This document shows positions 8,807 to 18,408 of a DNA stretch of 52,398 nt, in pieces. The stretch comes from Promethearchaeota archaeon (GTDB lineage Archaea > Asgardarchaeota > Lokiarchaeia > Sigyniarchaeales > SOKP01). Position 1 is the stretch's first letter; each line of letters starts with the position of its first letter. Made by a program: the position numbers and the translations under genes. The notes under the pieces are model-generated. The model had not been told where the DNA came from and ran no database searches. It was given only the letters and a program-made list of their open reading frames with translations. The stretch lies in NCBI GenBank assembly GCA_019057865.1, contig JAHLWP010000032.1:1-52398 (forward strand), read 5' to 3'.

Positions 8807-9211
8807 ATGATTCATAATATTATTATATACCATCAAAATGGTCTTGCAATGATCACAAGGCAATATAGAGATAAATTCAGTTCCGTACTATCAGGATTAT
8901 TAACAACACTTATGGACTCTAGTGTTGAATATAATACTGAAAAAAAAATAGAGAAAAAAGTAATAGAACTGGATTTATTTAATTTAAGCTTAATTAAGAG
9001 AAAAAACGTAATTCTAATAGCATCTACTGATAAAGAAGATGATTTAAAACAAGTTAATGAACTATTAAATATCATATTAAAGCAATTTGTTAAAAATTAT
9101 AGCGAAATAATAGAAAATTGGACTGGAGATACTCGAACTTTTAAAGAGTTTGAAACTATTATTGATAGACAATTAAAAAAAGGAAAGATTCGCTTTAAAA
9201 CTAAAAAGTAA
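8807..9211 (+). CDS. Longin-like domain protein
   Basis: MIHNIIIYHQNGLAMITRQY start, LSGLLTTL helix, ILIASTDKED strand, LNIILKQFVKNY...WTGD..FKEF; ~130 aa, typical Asgard longin pattern. Confidence 0.7.
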   Translation: MIHNIIIYHQNGLAMITRQYRDKFSSVLSGLLTTLMDSSVEYNTEKKIEKKVIELDLFNLSLIKRKNVILIASTDKEDDLKQVNELLNIILKQFVKNYSEIIENWTGDTRTFKEFETIIDRQLKKGKIRFKTKK

Positions 9212-9251
9212 TAGATGTACTGGTTAATATTAATTTTTTGAGGGAATATAA

Positions 9252-9839
9252 ATGGATATCTCAATAATTATTGCTGTTGTAGCAGCATCTATTTCAATTA
9301 TAGGTTGGATTGTTAATCATATTTTATCTGGATATAGAGATAGAAAAAAACAAATATTAGAAGCTTCATTAAGATATATAGAAACCCAATTAAAAGAATT
9401 ATACGGTCCGCTTGCATTTTTGGTTATGGAAGGACAGCGAACATTTAAAGATTTTTTAGATTCGATGGGTAAGGAGCCGGATAATTCTAGTACACGTCAT
9501 ATTTTTTCTAGAGAAAAACAACTTTCTGAAGAAGAATTAAAAAATTGGCTTTTTTGGGTAGAAAATGATTTCTTTCCTAGAGATGAAAAAATTAAAAACC
9601 TTCTTATGGGAAAAACACATTTAATTGAGGGTTCTAAAATTCCTAGAAGCTTCATTTTATTTTTAGATCACTATAATTCTTGGAGAATTAACCATCTTCG
9701 TTGGAAAAAGGAAGGAATAAAGTATTCATGGCATTCTAAAATTAATTATCCCATAGAATTTGAATTGGATATACTCAGTATTTTCGAAAAATTAAAGCAA
9801 CAACATCATAAGATTCTTAATAAGATTTCCAAAATATAG
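9252..9839 (+). CDS. Hypothetical protein with N-terminal transmembrane helix
   Basis: 195 aa; hydrophobic residues 3-25 then a soluble helical domain. Confidence 0.7.
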   Translation: MDISIIIAVVAASISIIGWIVNHILSGYRDRKKQILEASLRYIETQLKELYGPLAFLVMEGQRTFKDFLDSMGKEPDNSSTRHIFSREKQLSEEELKNWLFWVENDFFPRDEKIKNLLMGKTHLIEGSKIPRSFILFLDHYNSWRINHLRWKKEGIKYSWHSKINYPIEFELDILSIFEKLKQQHHKILNKISKI

Positions 9840-9960
9840 ATCTTGTTGATTTTCAAAAATTCGAAAAGCACCATATTAAATCTATATCCTCCAACTATTT
9901 GTTTTTCATTTTTATGTAGAATTTGTAGACTTTTTATATCTTAGTTTAGACTCATTATAG

Positions 9961-10587
9961 ATGACTACACCACTTCAATTCATAGGTTTCAAACAACCCC
10001 CTGAAGATCTTTTAAAAGGGTTCGAGGCGTGGTGTGTAGCGTTTAATGAGTTTGCTGTTGTTTTTTTTGGATACATGAAATACATTTTAGCTTTCATTTT
10101 GCTAGCTATAGGATTGATGACGCTTTTAAGACTACGCGGCATATACATACAGCCAAGGATGAGAAATATAGATAAAAAAGTTGTAGAGCAAGATCAACTT
10201 GAGAAGCCTCGTTTAATTCTGGCAACGATTTACATTGTTATAGGTTCAGGAATATTATTTAACTGGTTCACAATGTTTTTGATTTGGGCTTTAGATCCAC
10301 TTCCAGATAGGTTAATCTTTAAATTTATAAATTTTCAGGGGCTTATTGATCCATATTATTTGAACAGAATATCAGATATTAGTTCTGCGGTATATCCTCA
10401 TGAGCAAACAATATATTACTGTATTGCTATTGGTTCTTTTGTAGCAATTACAGATTTGATGATTGCTGTTTGGTATTTAGTAAATAGAGTACCATTTAAT
10501 CCTAAAATGGCTTTTGGATTACTAACTGGGGGTGTTTTAATGGGGATGCTTATGGGATTTACGACTTGTCTTCCATTATTCTTATAA
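9961..10587 (+). CDS. Integral membrane protein (~4 TM)
   Basis: Four long hydrophobic segments. Confidence 0.75.
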   Translation: MTTPLQFIGFKQPPEDLLKGFEAWCVAFNEFAVVFFGYMKYILAFILLAIGLMTLLRLRGIYIQPRMRNIDKKVVEQDQLEKPRLILATIYIVIGSGILFNWFTMFLIWALDPLPDRLIFKFINFQGLIDPYYLNRISDISSAVYPHEQTIYYCIAIGSFVAITDLMIAVWYLVNRVPFNPKMAFGLLTGGVLMGMLMGFTTCLPLFL

Positions 10588-10757
10588 TTTTAAAAATAAA
10601 TCTCTTTAATTATAAACTAGTTCTTTTTCTATTGTCATTTTAAAAGGATAAGATTCCAAAGGATAGAATTTAAATTGAGTAGTGTAATATACATTTGTGT
10701 AAATAATTATAAAATGAAATCTATTATTAATATAATTACCAAATCCAAGGTTGAACT

Positions 10758-11714
10758 ATGATTAAACTAAATAAAAAATCCTTATTTTATTCGATAATAA
10801 TAGTTATAGTTGTCATATTTGCTATAATATGGGGCTTTACCATATATGAGAAACCAAAGGATGATGATGAAGAATTTAAAGTTCCTATGGCTTCGGGTGG
10901 TGAAACAGAACTAACAGTAGGATATTATGATGATAAGATTTGGGATAAAAAATTGGGAAATGAAACTGATCCAGAAGATCTTTTTGGGTGGGGTGCGGAT
11001 ATAATCAATTCTACTTCAAAATGTGTCATAAAAGGAAGGGAAAATGGCACGTTAGATATATTTGATATTGTTGAAATATTGATAGGTAAAACATGGTCAG
11101 AGCCAAATAAGGTTGTATTAAGAGATACGTATAATTTATATGGTAAATGGTTTGCATGGATGTTTTTTGTAGATTATTGGAATTTTACAATTTATGATTT
11201 TAATGAAGAAGCAGATAAAAAAGACGTGATTCTTCCGATTTTTCAAAATACTGAAGATTTTTCAGAAATCCTTGAGGAGTTTCAAGATTTAAGCCCTGAA
11301 CTCCATATTGGGTCTAATATTACAGCAAAGTTATTAATTTATTATATGGTTATAAAAAGTTTACCAGTGCTTAAACCCGTTGATATTTATATTCAAAATA
11401 TAATTAATGTTATTTCTCCTAGTGATATAGAATTTACTTCCTATAATTATACATGTTGTGTAAATATATCTTATTTTGAAGAAGAAGAATATTATATCAA
11501 TGCATATTATTCAAAAGTTGATGGGATGATTCAAAATTTAATGTTTTTAGATGAGAATCAATCAATTTTTTATTATCAATATGGTTTTTACAAGGAGCCG
11601 ATGAGAGATTTTACTCCCGCAATAACAGGGTATGAAATGCTTTCGTTTTCATTGCTATTTATTATCAGTGTCATTGGAATGACTTTTATTATCAATAAGA
11701 AAACTAAAGGTTAA
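10758..11714 (+). CDS. Cell-surface glycoprotein with Loki-CTERM-like sorting tail
   Basis: N-terminal signal/TM, NxS/T sequons, C-terminal ITGYE + hydrophobic helix + KKTK. Confidence 0.7.
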   Translation: MIKLNKKSLFYSIIIVIVVIFAIIWGFTIYEKPKDDDEEFKVPMASGGETELTVGYYDDKIWDKKLGNETDPEDLFGWGADIINSTSKCVIKGRENGTLDIFDIVEILIGKTWSEPNKVVLRDTYNLYGKWFAWMFFVDYWNFTIYDFNEEADKKDVILPIFQNTEDFSEILEEFQDLSPELHIGSNITAKLLIYYMVIKSLPVLKPVDIYIQNIINVISPSDIEFTSYNYTCCVNISYFEEEEYYINAYYSKVDGMIQNLMFLDENQSIFYYQYGFYKEPMRDFTPAITGYEMLSFSLLFIISVIGMTFIINKKTKG

Positions 11715-11795
11715 ATTGATTTTATATAAAGGAAATTAATGAAATTTAAAAACAGTTAAAAAATCAAATTATAAATTTAAATAAGCTTAATTATT

Positions 11796-12572
11796 ATGAA
11801 GTCAATTAATAAATTTTTTCTAATTATTATTGTTATTGGCTTACCATTTTTATCTTTATTTTATACCATCGTTAATAAAGAAGTATTACATAGAAGCCAA
11901 TATGTTCAGAAATTAAGAGATGTTATTGATTTATGTGAAAGATTGAACTGGGATTCCTACTATGTAGAACATGACCTGAAATCATTGGATTGGTATGTAG
12001 CTGAAATGGTTAATGATAATGTAATGACAGAAGAAGAGGCAAATAATACAATATTTAGGTTCATTTTAGAAAATTCTTATAGAGTCACTGAAATTAAAGG
12101 AAAAAGTGATATTTATGAATATGGAATTTTCAAAGATACTCCTGAAATACTAATGGAATGGTTTATAATCGATTTGTATGATGAGAATTATTTCTTTTAC
12201 AACTATACATATGATTTATTATTAAATGAATATGGAGAGAGTACTAAACCATTTATTTTAATGTTTGATATTAATCTGATGAGCGATTTAGTTGATGATT
12301 TTGAGTCTAAATCTGTTAACCCATTAGATGAGAGCGAAATAGGATTAGTAGTGGCAATTTCGCTGCAGGCAGGATCTATTGCATTATTAAGTTTTGGAGA
12401 CGAAAACGAAATTGCTAAGAAAAAAAAAGGGATGAAAAGAGATGAAAAGAAGTCTATTAAGAACAAAATATTGGATATTCTAAAATTTCGTTTCGTTGTA
12501 TCTCTCATTCTCTATAGCATAAGTCTATATTTTATAATCCGTTGTTTAGTTATTTTTTTTAATGTTTATTGA
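11796..12572 (+). CDS. Hypothetical membrane protein (~3 TM)
   Basis: N-terminal TM, acidic central domain, two C-terminal hydrophobic segments separated by a basic loop. Confidence 0.65.
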   Translation: MKSINKFFLIIIVIGLPFLSLFYTIVNKEVLHRSQYVQKLRDVIDLCERLNWDSYYVEHDLKSLDWYVAEMVNDNVMTEEEANNTIFRFILENSYRVTEIKGKSDIYEYGIFKDTPEILMEWFIIDLYDENYFFYNYTYDLLLNEYGESTKPFILMFDINLMSDLVDDFESKSVNPLDESEIGLVVAISLQAGSIALLSFGDENEIAKKKKGMKRDEKKSIKNKILDILKFRFVVSLILYSISLYFIIRCLVIFFNVY

Positions 12573-12708
12573 TTTTTCCAATTATATATTTCAAAGATAT
12601 TGAAGATTTAAGAACTACCAATTGATTTAAAGCTAATATCTCAATATAGATGTTATAATTCTTGGAAAAAAAGGGAGTTTAAAACTGTTTATTTAAAATA
12701 TTATTTAA

Positions 12709-14409
12709 ATGACCATAGAAGTAAGTCTATTAACTATTATATTAATTAATTTAGTTCTCTCGATGATCTACTTTTTTTTAAGATACAGAGAAAGCAGATT
12801 GAATATAATAGGAAGAATAAATCAAATAAATCTCATTCTAAAGTTTATAATAATTTCCGTATCAATTATCTCTCTAATCATTCTTAGCCTAAATTCGAAT
12901 AATATCACCCAATCGTCAGATTCTTTGCAGAATCCAGTAATTACCAATATTTCTATCCCATTTTTGTTTCTCTCGATTATTTTATTCATATCAACTTTTC
13001 GAATTTCAAATAAATATGCTATAGAATTAGACTGTCCCTCACGATTAAAATCTAAAAAAGGCACAATAAAAATTGGAAAAGTCATGAAAAATAGCAGAGT
13101 AAAACACAATTTTTTTCTCAGTATTTCTGATCTCACTCAGCATATGTTTGTATGTGGTATAACAGGTACAGGAAAGAGTAATTTTATTCAAAATTTTTTA
13201 CTAAATTTCACAAAAAACCATAAAATCCCTTTTCTACTGAATGAATTTAAAGGAGAGTATCATTTTTTACAGAATGTAATAGATAATCTACTTATTATTA
13301 AACCTGGTGAAAATTTCTCTATAAATATATTTGATCCAGAAGGAGCAAATTCTCAAGTACATGCTGAAAGAATTTTTCAGATTTTTGAAAGTGGAGGTAT
13401 GTTTGAGGGAGTAGAATATTCTCCGCAGATGCAGCGTGTTTTTGTTGATATCTTAAATGAAGTATGCTTAAAAGAAAGCAATAGAAATTGGGAGGCATTT
13501 AGTAAGATTAGTGAAAAATATCACATCGAAAATAAAGATGTTACCATTCAAAAAAGTGTTGCAGCCATACAAAATAGGATAAGAAGGTATTTTATAGGTA
13601 CCTTGAAGGATATATTTGCGAAAAAGACAGGGCTTAACGTAAAAGAATTGTTTGATTATAGAGTTCTATTAGATCTAAGTTCAATTATTCGTTTAGGGGG
13701 AGAAAAAGAAGATGCATTATTCTTCTTGAATATGATCTTGAAATATCTATGGGATAAGAATCTTGAAGTTGGGAGCAGAGATTATGAAGGAATTAAACAT
13801 ATAACTATTATCGAAGATGCTCAATATTTTGCTCCTGAAGAATTATCTAACCGAACGAAATTAACTTCTTATATTGAGGATATAGCATTATTGTTACGAG
13901 GAACGGGAGAGTGTTTAATTTCACTTGCCACTCGTCCTACGATTAGTAAAGAGATTTTAGCGAATTGTGGAGTACTTATATCATTTCAAAATCATATGCA
14001 AAAAGAAATCATGCTAGAATTATTAAATCTTGAAGAAAGGCAAAAAGAATATCTTTCAATGCTACAAAAAGGGCAATGCATTATTAGGATAAATTCAATT
14101 GAAAAGCCATTCTTATTAAGAACACCTAATATAGAGAGAAGTTGGTTAACGGATGAGGAAATTAGTGAAAATAATAATAAAATTTTAGAAAATAAATTTT
14201 ATAGTTTAAAAAATAAGGATGATAAAAAACAGGAGAAGTATGTAATGGAAGGTTTAAAATCATTTTGTAAGGCTTGTGGAAAAGAAGTAAAGAATAATTT
14301 GAAATTTTGTGAATCTTGTTCTACTAATTCAGGAGAAGATGAAAGTTTTGAGAGGTTAAGAGCCTATATTAAAAAATTGTATAAAGAGCAACAAAAAGAA
14401 AAAAGTTAA
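12709..14409 (+). CDS. Membrane-anchored HerA/VirD4/CedB-like ATPase with C-terminal zinc ribbon
   Basis: 3 N-terminal TM; QHMFVCGITGTGKS; EFKGEY; atypical Walker B IIEDAQ; LLRGTGECLISLATRP; CKAC-x10-CESC. Confidence 0.85.
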   Translation: MTIEVSLLTIILINLVLSMIYFFLRYRESRLNIIGRINQINLILKFIIISVSIISLIILSLNSNNITQSSDSLQNPVITNISIPFLFLSIILFISTFRISNKYAIELDCPSRLKSKKGTIKIGKVMKNSRVKHNFFLSISDLTQHMFVCGITGTGKSNFIQNFLLNFTKNHKIPFLLNEFKGEYHFLQNVIDNLLIIKPGENFSINIFDPEGANSQVHAERIFQIFESGGMFEGVEYSPQMQRVFVDILNEVCLKESNRNWEAFSKISEKYHIENKDVTIQKSVAAIQNRIRRYFIGTLKDIFAKKTGLNVKELFDYRVLLDLSSIIRLGGEKEDALFFLNMILKYLWDKNLEVGSRDYEGIKHITIIEDAQYFAPEELSNRTKLTSYIEDIALLLRGTGECLISLATRPTISKEILANCGVLISFQNHMQKEIMLELLNLEERQKEYLSMLQKGQCIIRINSIEKPFLLRTPNIERSWLTDEEISENNNKILENKFYSLKNKDDKKQEKYVMEGLKSFCKACGKEVKNNLKFCESCSTNSGEDESFERLRAYIKKLYKEQQKEKS

Positions 14410-14536
14410 TTAATTAATATTAATGTGAATAACTTTATCTTTTCATGATTTTAAATAAGATTTAATTTTTATTTATATACTTTTGATAAAATTATAAATT
14501 AATTAACTAATGTATTTAATTATAATAATTTAGGAA

Positions 14537-14893
14537 GTGTTAATAGTGGAGAAGGGTAAATTTGAAAGTCAAACTAAGGAAGAAAGAAGTGATAGGCATC
14601 ATGATGAATGGTTTGATGGAAGGAGAGTTATAACAGTTTTTATTGATCTTAAAAATAATGTAAGATGGCATGAATATTTAACTGGTGCTGGAGTTTCATG
14701 CATTCAAAAAGGAACTATTCTATATTCAGACCAAAATAAAAGATATTATAGAATAAAGGAAGTGATTTATAGCATAGATCTCGGTGAATTATATGTGTAC
14801 ATTGATGAATATTTAAAGGATGAGGTAGAAAAAATGAAAAGAGAATATGAATTATCAACAGGACCAGAATGGTTTGACAATCAGGAAAAATAA
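14537..14893 (+). CDS. Hypothetical protein
   Basis: 118-aa ORF, GTG start, protein-like composition. Confidence 0.55.
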   Translation: MLIVEKGKFESQTKEERSDRHHDEWFDGRRVITVFIDLKNNVRWHEYLTGAGVSCIQKGTILYSDQNKRYYRIKEVIYSIDLGELYVYIDEYLKDEVEKMKREYELSTGPEWFDNQEK

Positions 14894-14924
14894 GGATATA
14901 ATTATAGAAAATTCTTTCTTTTAT

Positions 14925-15985
14925 TTATAACGACGGAATTAATTTCGCAAAACTGCAGCGAGTTTTAATTTCTATTGATGATAATTTAAATTTTCTTATA
15001 AATTTTATGAGCGCACGCTGAAATTTCTTGAACGTGTCAAAAAAAGTGTTATGCGTGACTTGTTTGCGTAAAAACTTCCAAAACCACTCCATCGGATTTA
15101 AATCGGGCGAATATGGAGGAAGAAAGAGAAGCACGAGCTTATCATTATTAGCTTCTAAAAAGGGTTCCAAATCCTTGGAATGGTGCGCTCGGGCGTTGTC
15201 CAAGATCAGGAGGATTTTCCCCGCGTTTTTATACCTGGCAAGGAGCCCCTCTAAAAAGTGTTGGAAATGTGATGCTTTTAAAGTGTCAGATAATGCCACG
15301 TGAACCTTTCCAGCCAGAGGCTCAACTGCACCAATGAGATGTTGTCGTTGTCGACCGCCATAGGTTAATATTTCGGGCTGTTGCCCTTTCAATGACCACA
15401 TCCGGATGATTGAGGGTGAAAACTGAATACTCGCCTCGTCCTGGAAAAGAATTACGCCATCTTCTCCGAGAGAATCCAGACTTTTTTAAAATCGTTCAGA
15501 AATTCTTTTTGCTTCTTGGGATCGGCCTTTGGAAACTTGTATTTCGGACGTTGGAGAGTGAATCCTAACTCGTGAAGGAGTCTCTGGGCTTGGCGAACAC
15601 TTAATTCCACATAAAACTTCTGTTTAATGTGGTGCGCCACGCTCTTTCCCTCCCAATTGCTAAATTCGTATCCTAGTTCACGAGGGTGCATTAGAACATC
15701 CGTTTTTAACGTTTCTTTTTGTTCTTCAGAAAGGCTTGAAGGGCGTCCTGGAGGTGTATTTGGAACGATGGCTTCTAATCCACTCCCATTAAACATCTTT
15801 ACCCAAGTTTGTATAGTTCTACGGGACTTTTTGATTAGTTCTGCGACTAATGTGCAGTTCATGAATTCATGCATCAAAAACAGCGCTTGATATCGTTCTT
15901 TCAATTTCGGATTCTTTTCCTTCTTATAAAGCTCGACCAATTCATCGTGGTTGGGTGAGCTCCTTAAAATTTGAAGTTTTTCCAT
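14925..15985 (-). CDS. IS630 transposase (HTH ORF 15452-15985 + DDE ORF joined by -1 frameshift)
   Basis: Slippery AAAAAAG at 15481-15487 (minus strand). The -1 frame reads KSLDSLGEDGVILFQDEAS...ILDNARAH...LPPYSPDLNPME, supplying all three catalytic residues. Confidence 0.9.
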
Positions 15986-16081
15986 GGATTTAAAAGCAAA
16001 GGAAATCCTTATTTAAGGGTGTGATATCCAGGTGATATTCAAGAAAAGCACTTAAAGCATGAGAAATTATTTATGTCGTTA
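14928..16081 (-). mobile_element. IS630-family insertion sequence, 1154 bp
   Basis: Imperfect terminal inverted repeats TAACGACggAAtTAATTTCgCA / TAACGACatAAaTAATTTCtCA; TA duplication at 14926-14927 and 16082-16083; higher GC than flanks; DDE transposase. Confidence 0.92.
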
Positions 16082-16224
16082 TAAATAATAGCAATTCAAG
16101 AAGTTAATACCTCAGAATCAAATCATTATTTGATACCTAATTATTAATTCTTTTAATTGGAATTTATAAACTAAGTTTAATTTTTGATAAATTAAGATTT
16201 ATCTAAACTTATATAATTGAAAAA

Positions 16225-16782
16225 ATGACCTTTAAATTAATGTGGGGAATAACTGGAACTGGTTATGTGCTTCAAGAATCAATTAATTTAATGAAAGAAT
16301 TGCAGGAGAATCATGATGTGGATTTAACAGTAATTCTATCAAAAGAGGGGGCAGCAATTGTAAAGTGGTATAAAAAATGGCTTTCATTAACAGAGATAGT
16401 TAAAAAGGTTAAAGTAGAAAAAACTCCAAATATTCCATTTTATGCTGGGCCTCTACAGCTTGGACAATATGATATGTTTTTAATGTGTCCTGTTTCGGCT
16501 AATAGTGTTGCCAAGATTGTTTATGGAATTGCTGATTCATTAATTACTAATTGCGTAGCTCAAGCGATAAAAGGTGGTGTTAAAGTATATTTATTTCCTT
16601 CAGACCAAGATTTAGAACCAATTGTTACATCAAAACCCGATGGAAGTCCCTTAGTTCTAAAAATTAGAGATATAGAAATCGAAAATATTGAAAGATTAAA
16701 AAAGATGGAAGGAATCCACGTTATTTCAGATTTTTCTGAGATTAAAGCTCTTATTTTACAAAAAATCGAGGAAAAAAGTTAA
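16225..16782 (+). CDS. afpA: Archaeoflavoprotein AfpA-family flavoprotein
   Basis: WGITGTG, PFYAGPLQLGQYD, PVSANSVAKIVYGIADSLITN; no ferredoxin insert. Confidence 0.8.
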   Translation: MTFKLMWGITGTGYVLQESINLMKELQENHDVDLTVILSKEGAAIVKWYKKWLSLTEIVKKVKVEKTPNIPFYAGPLQLGQYDMFLMCPVSANSVAKIVYGIADSLITNCVAQAIKGGVKVYLFPSDQDLEPIVTSKPDGSPLVLKIRDIEIENIERLKKMEGIHVISDFSEIKALILQKIEEKS

Positions 16783-16790
16783 TATAATTT

Positions 16791-17231
16791 TTAAGCTTCA
16801 TATTTCACAGGTTTTATTGCTCCTTCTGGGCAAGAAAGCTCGCACTTTAAACAACCTTGACACTTTCCAATTTCGCTAAACTTATATCTTATTCCTTCCT
16901 CTTCATTTCCAACTTTTTTCACAATATCCTTAAAAAATAAATTTTTCGGGCAAAATTTTCCATCCTCATCCAGGCATTCTTCACACATCGAGCACTTTTC
17001 ATGATCTATCTTAATACTTACTATTTGATTTGGATGGGTTATCGATGTTACTTCAATTGCATTTCTAGGACAAACTTGAACACAATTGAGACAAGCCTTA
17101 CACTTGGTGTGATCAACTTTTCTTATTCCATGTTCAAAATATATTGCTTTAACCTTACACGCTCTTAAGCATCGTTCACACTTAAGACATAATTCTTGAT
17201 CGATTTGAACTGGAATAAATTTTTCTTTAAT
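16791..17231 (-). CDS. Polyferredoxin-like 4Fe-4S protein, 146 aa, probable ATT start
   Basis: Frame open 81 codons upstream of the track's ATG; CLKCERCLRAC, CKACLNCVQVCP, CSMCEEC...CP, CQGCLKCELSCP; SD GAGGT 8 nt before the ATT. Confidence 0.85.
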   Translation of the reverse strand: MKEKFIPVQIDQELCLKCERCLRACKVKAIYFEHGIRKVDHTKCKACLNCVQVCPRNAIEVTSITHPNQIVSIKIDHEKCSMCEECLDEDGKFCPKNLFFKDIVKKVGNEEEGIRYKFSEIGKCQGCLKCELSCPEGAIKPVKYEA

Positions 17232-17377
17232 ATAAGATTACCTCGAAATTACTCGTAGAAATTAATTTTATACTTATTCAATTTGACTAAATCAAGGTAA
17301 ATTTTAAAATTAATTTTTATAAATTATCAATGAGATTAATAAAAAAATAAAGGAGAAATCAAAAATAAAGTATTTAA

Positions 17378-18181
17378 TTATTGAAAATATTGAGTATATC
17401 CTTCTTTTGGAGATGAGGGTAATTGTTGTTGTCTTTGATATTCTTGTGCTTTCTGAGCTAATTCTAACATTTTGGCCTTAATCTCTTTCCCTTGTTCTAT
17501 TAATTGGCCGGTATCAATCTTTAAATTATAGATTTTATTCAAAATTGCAATAATACTAGCCGCTCCTTCTGGTGTGGGAATTTCCAATACTGGAGTAAAT
17601 AAAGCATAAGCATCTAATTTATTAGATAATGCCTCATTCAGAATTGTTGCCTCAGGTCCAACAATAATCCCTTTCTCAACAGGCTCGATTTCAAGGTTTA
17701 AATCTTTTAACTTTTTAATCATATTCTCTTCTGCCGCGTAATAAACAGGATACTCATCAATTACGCCAAGACGTTGAGGTATACCTTGGAAAATTAATAT
17801 TTCTTTAGCTTTTACATCATTACTAAGAGCCCAGTTACATATGGTTTTAGAAAGGTCGTTGTAAGCTGTGGCAACCTGAAACGGAACTTCTGATATTCCA
17901 ACAATTAAGTTTTGTGAAGGTGAATAATACAATCTAAATGGATGTTTAAGTACTCCCTTATAAAAGACACTAATAGGTGGTAAATATTCAGAAGTTAAAA
18001 ATCCAATCTCGCGAATATCTGGAAGCTGATCTATTAGGGTGTTAGCAATAATCGGTCCTATTAAACCAATTCCTGCAAAACCTAATATGAATGTAGAACC
18101 CTCTTTAATTTCAACTGGAAAATCTTCTATAACGATGGAACTTCTTTTCCCTTTGTCACACACATACTCTTTTTTAACCAT
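17378..18181 (-). CDS. PAC2-family proteasome assembly chaperone
   Basis: ILGFAGIGLIGPI, LPP, HPFRLY, PTPEGAA, KIDTGQLIEQG; ATG 18181 preferred. Confidence 0.85.
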   Translation of the reverse strand: MVKKEYVCDKGKRSSIVIEDFPVEIKEGSTFILGFAGIGLIGPIIANTLIDQLPDIREIGFLTSEYLPPISVFYKGVLKHPFRLYYSPSQNLIVGISEVPFQVATAYNDLSKTICNWALSNDVKAKEILIFQGIPQRLGVIDEYPVYYAAEENMIKKLKDLNLEIEPVEKGIIVGPEATILNEALSNKLDAYALFTPVLEIPTPEGAASIIAILNKIYNLKIDTGQLIEQGKEIKAKMLELAQKAQEYQRQQQLPSSPKEGYTQYFQ

Positions 18182-18408
18182 TAATAACACTTCATAATAT
18201 ATTGTTATAATTTTTTAATTTGATTCTATATAATTTTATGAACATTTCAATATTAAAATTAGTCTATTATTATTTGTTAATGCAAATATTTTCTTCTATT
18301 TGATAATGAATGATTTTAACATGAAATCTAATTTTTTATAACTAAAGTATTAAAAATTATATGTATTATACTAATTAGTAATTGAACAACCAATTTGAGT
18401 GGTTTGGA

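Noticed and set aside
14410-16224. att site or tRNA marking the right end of the island
   Set aside because: No tRNA fold or repeat matching elsewhere in the window was seen; only the IS630 ends.
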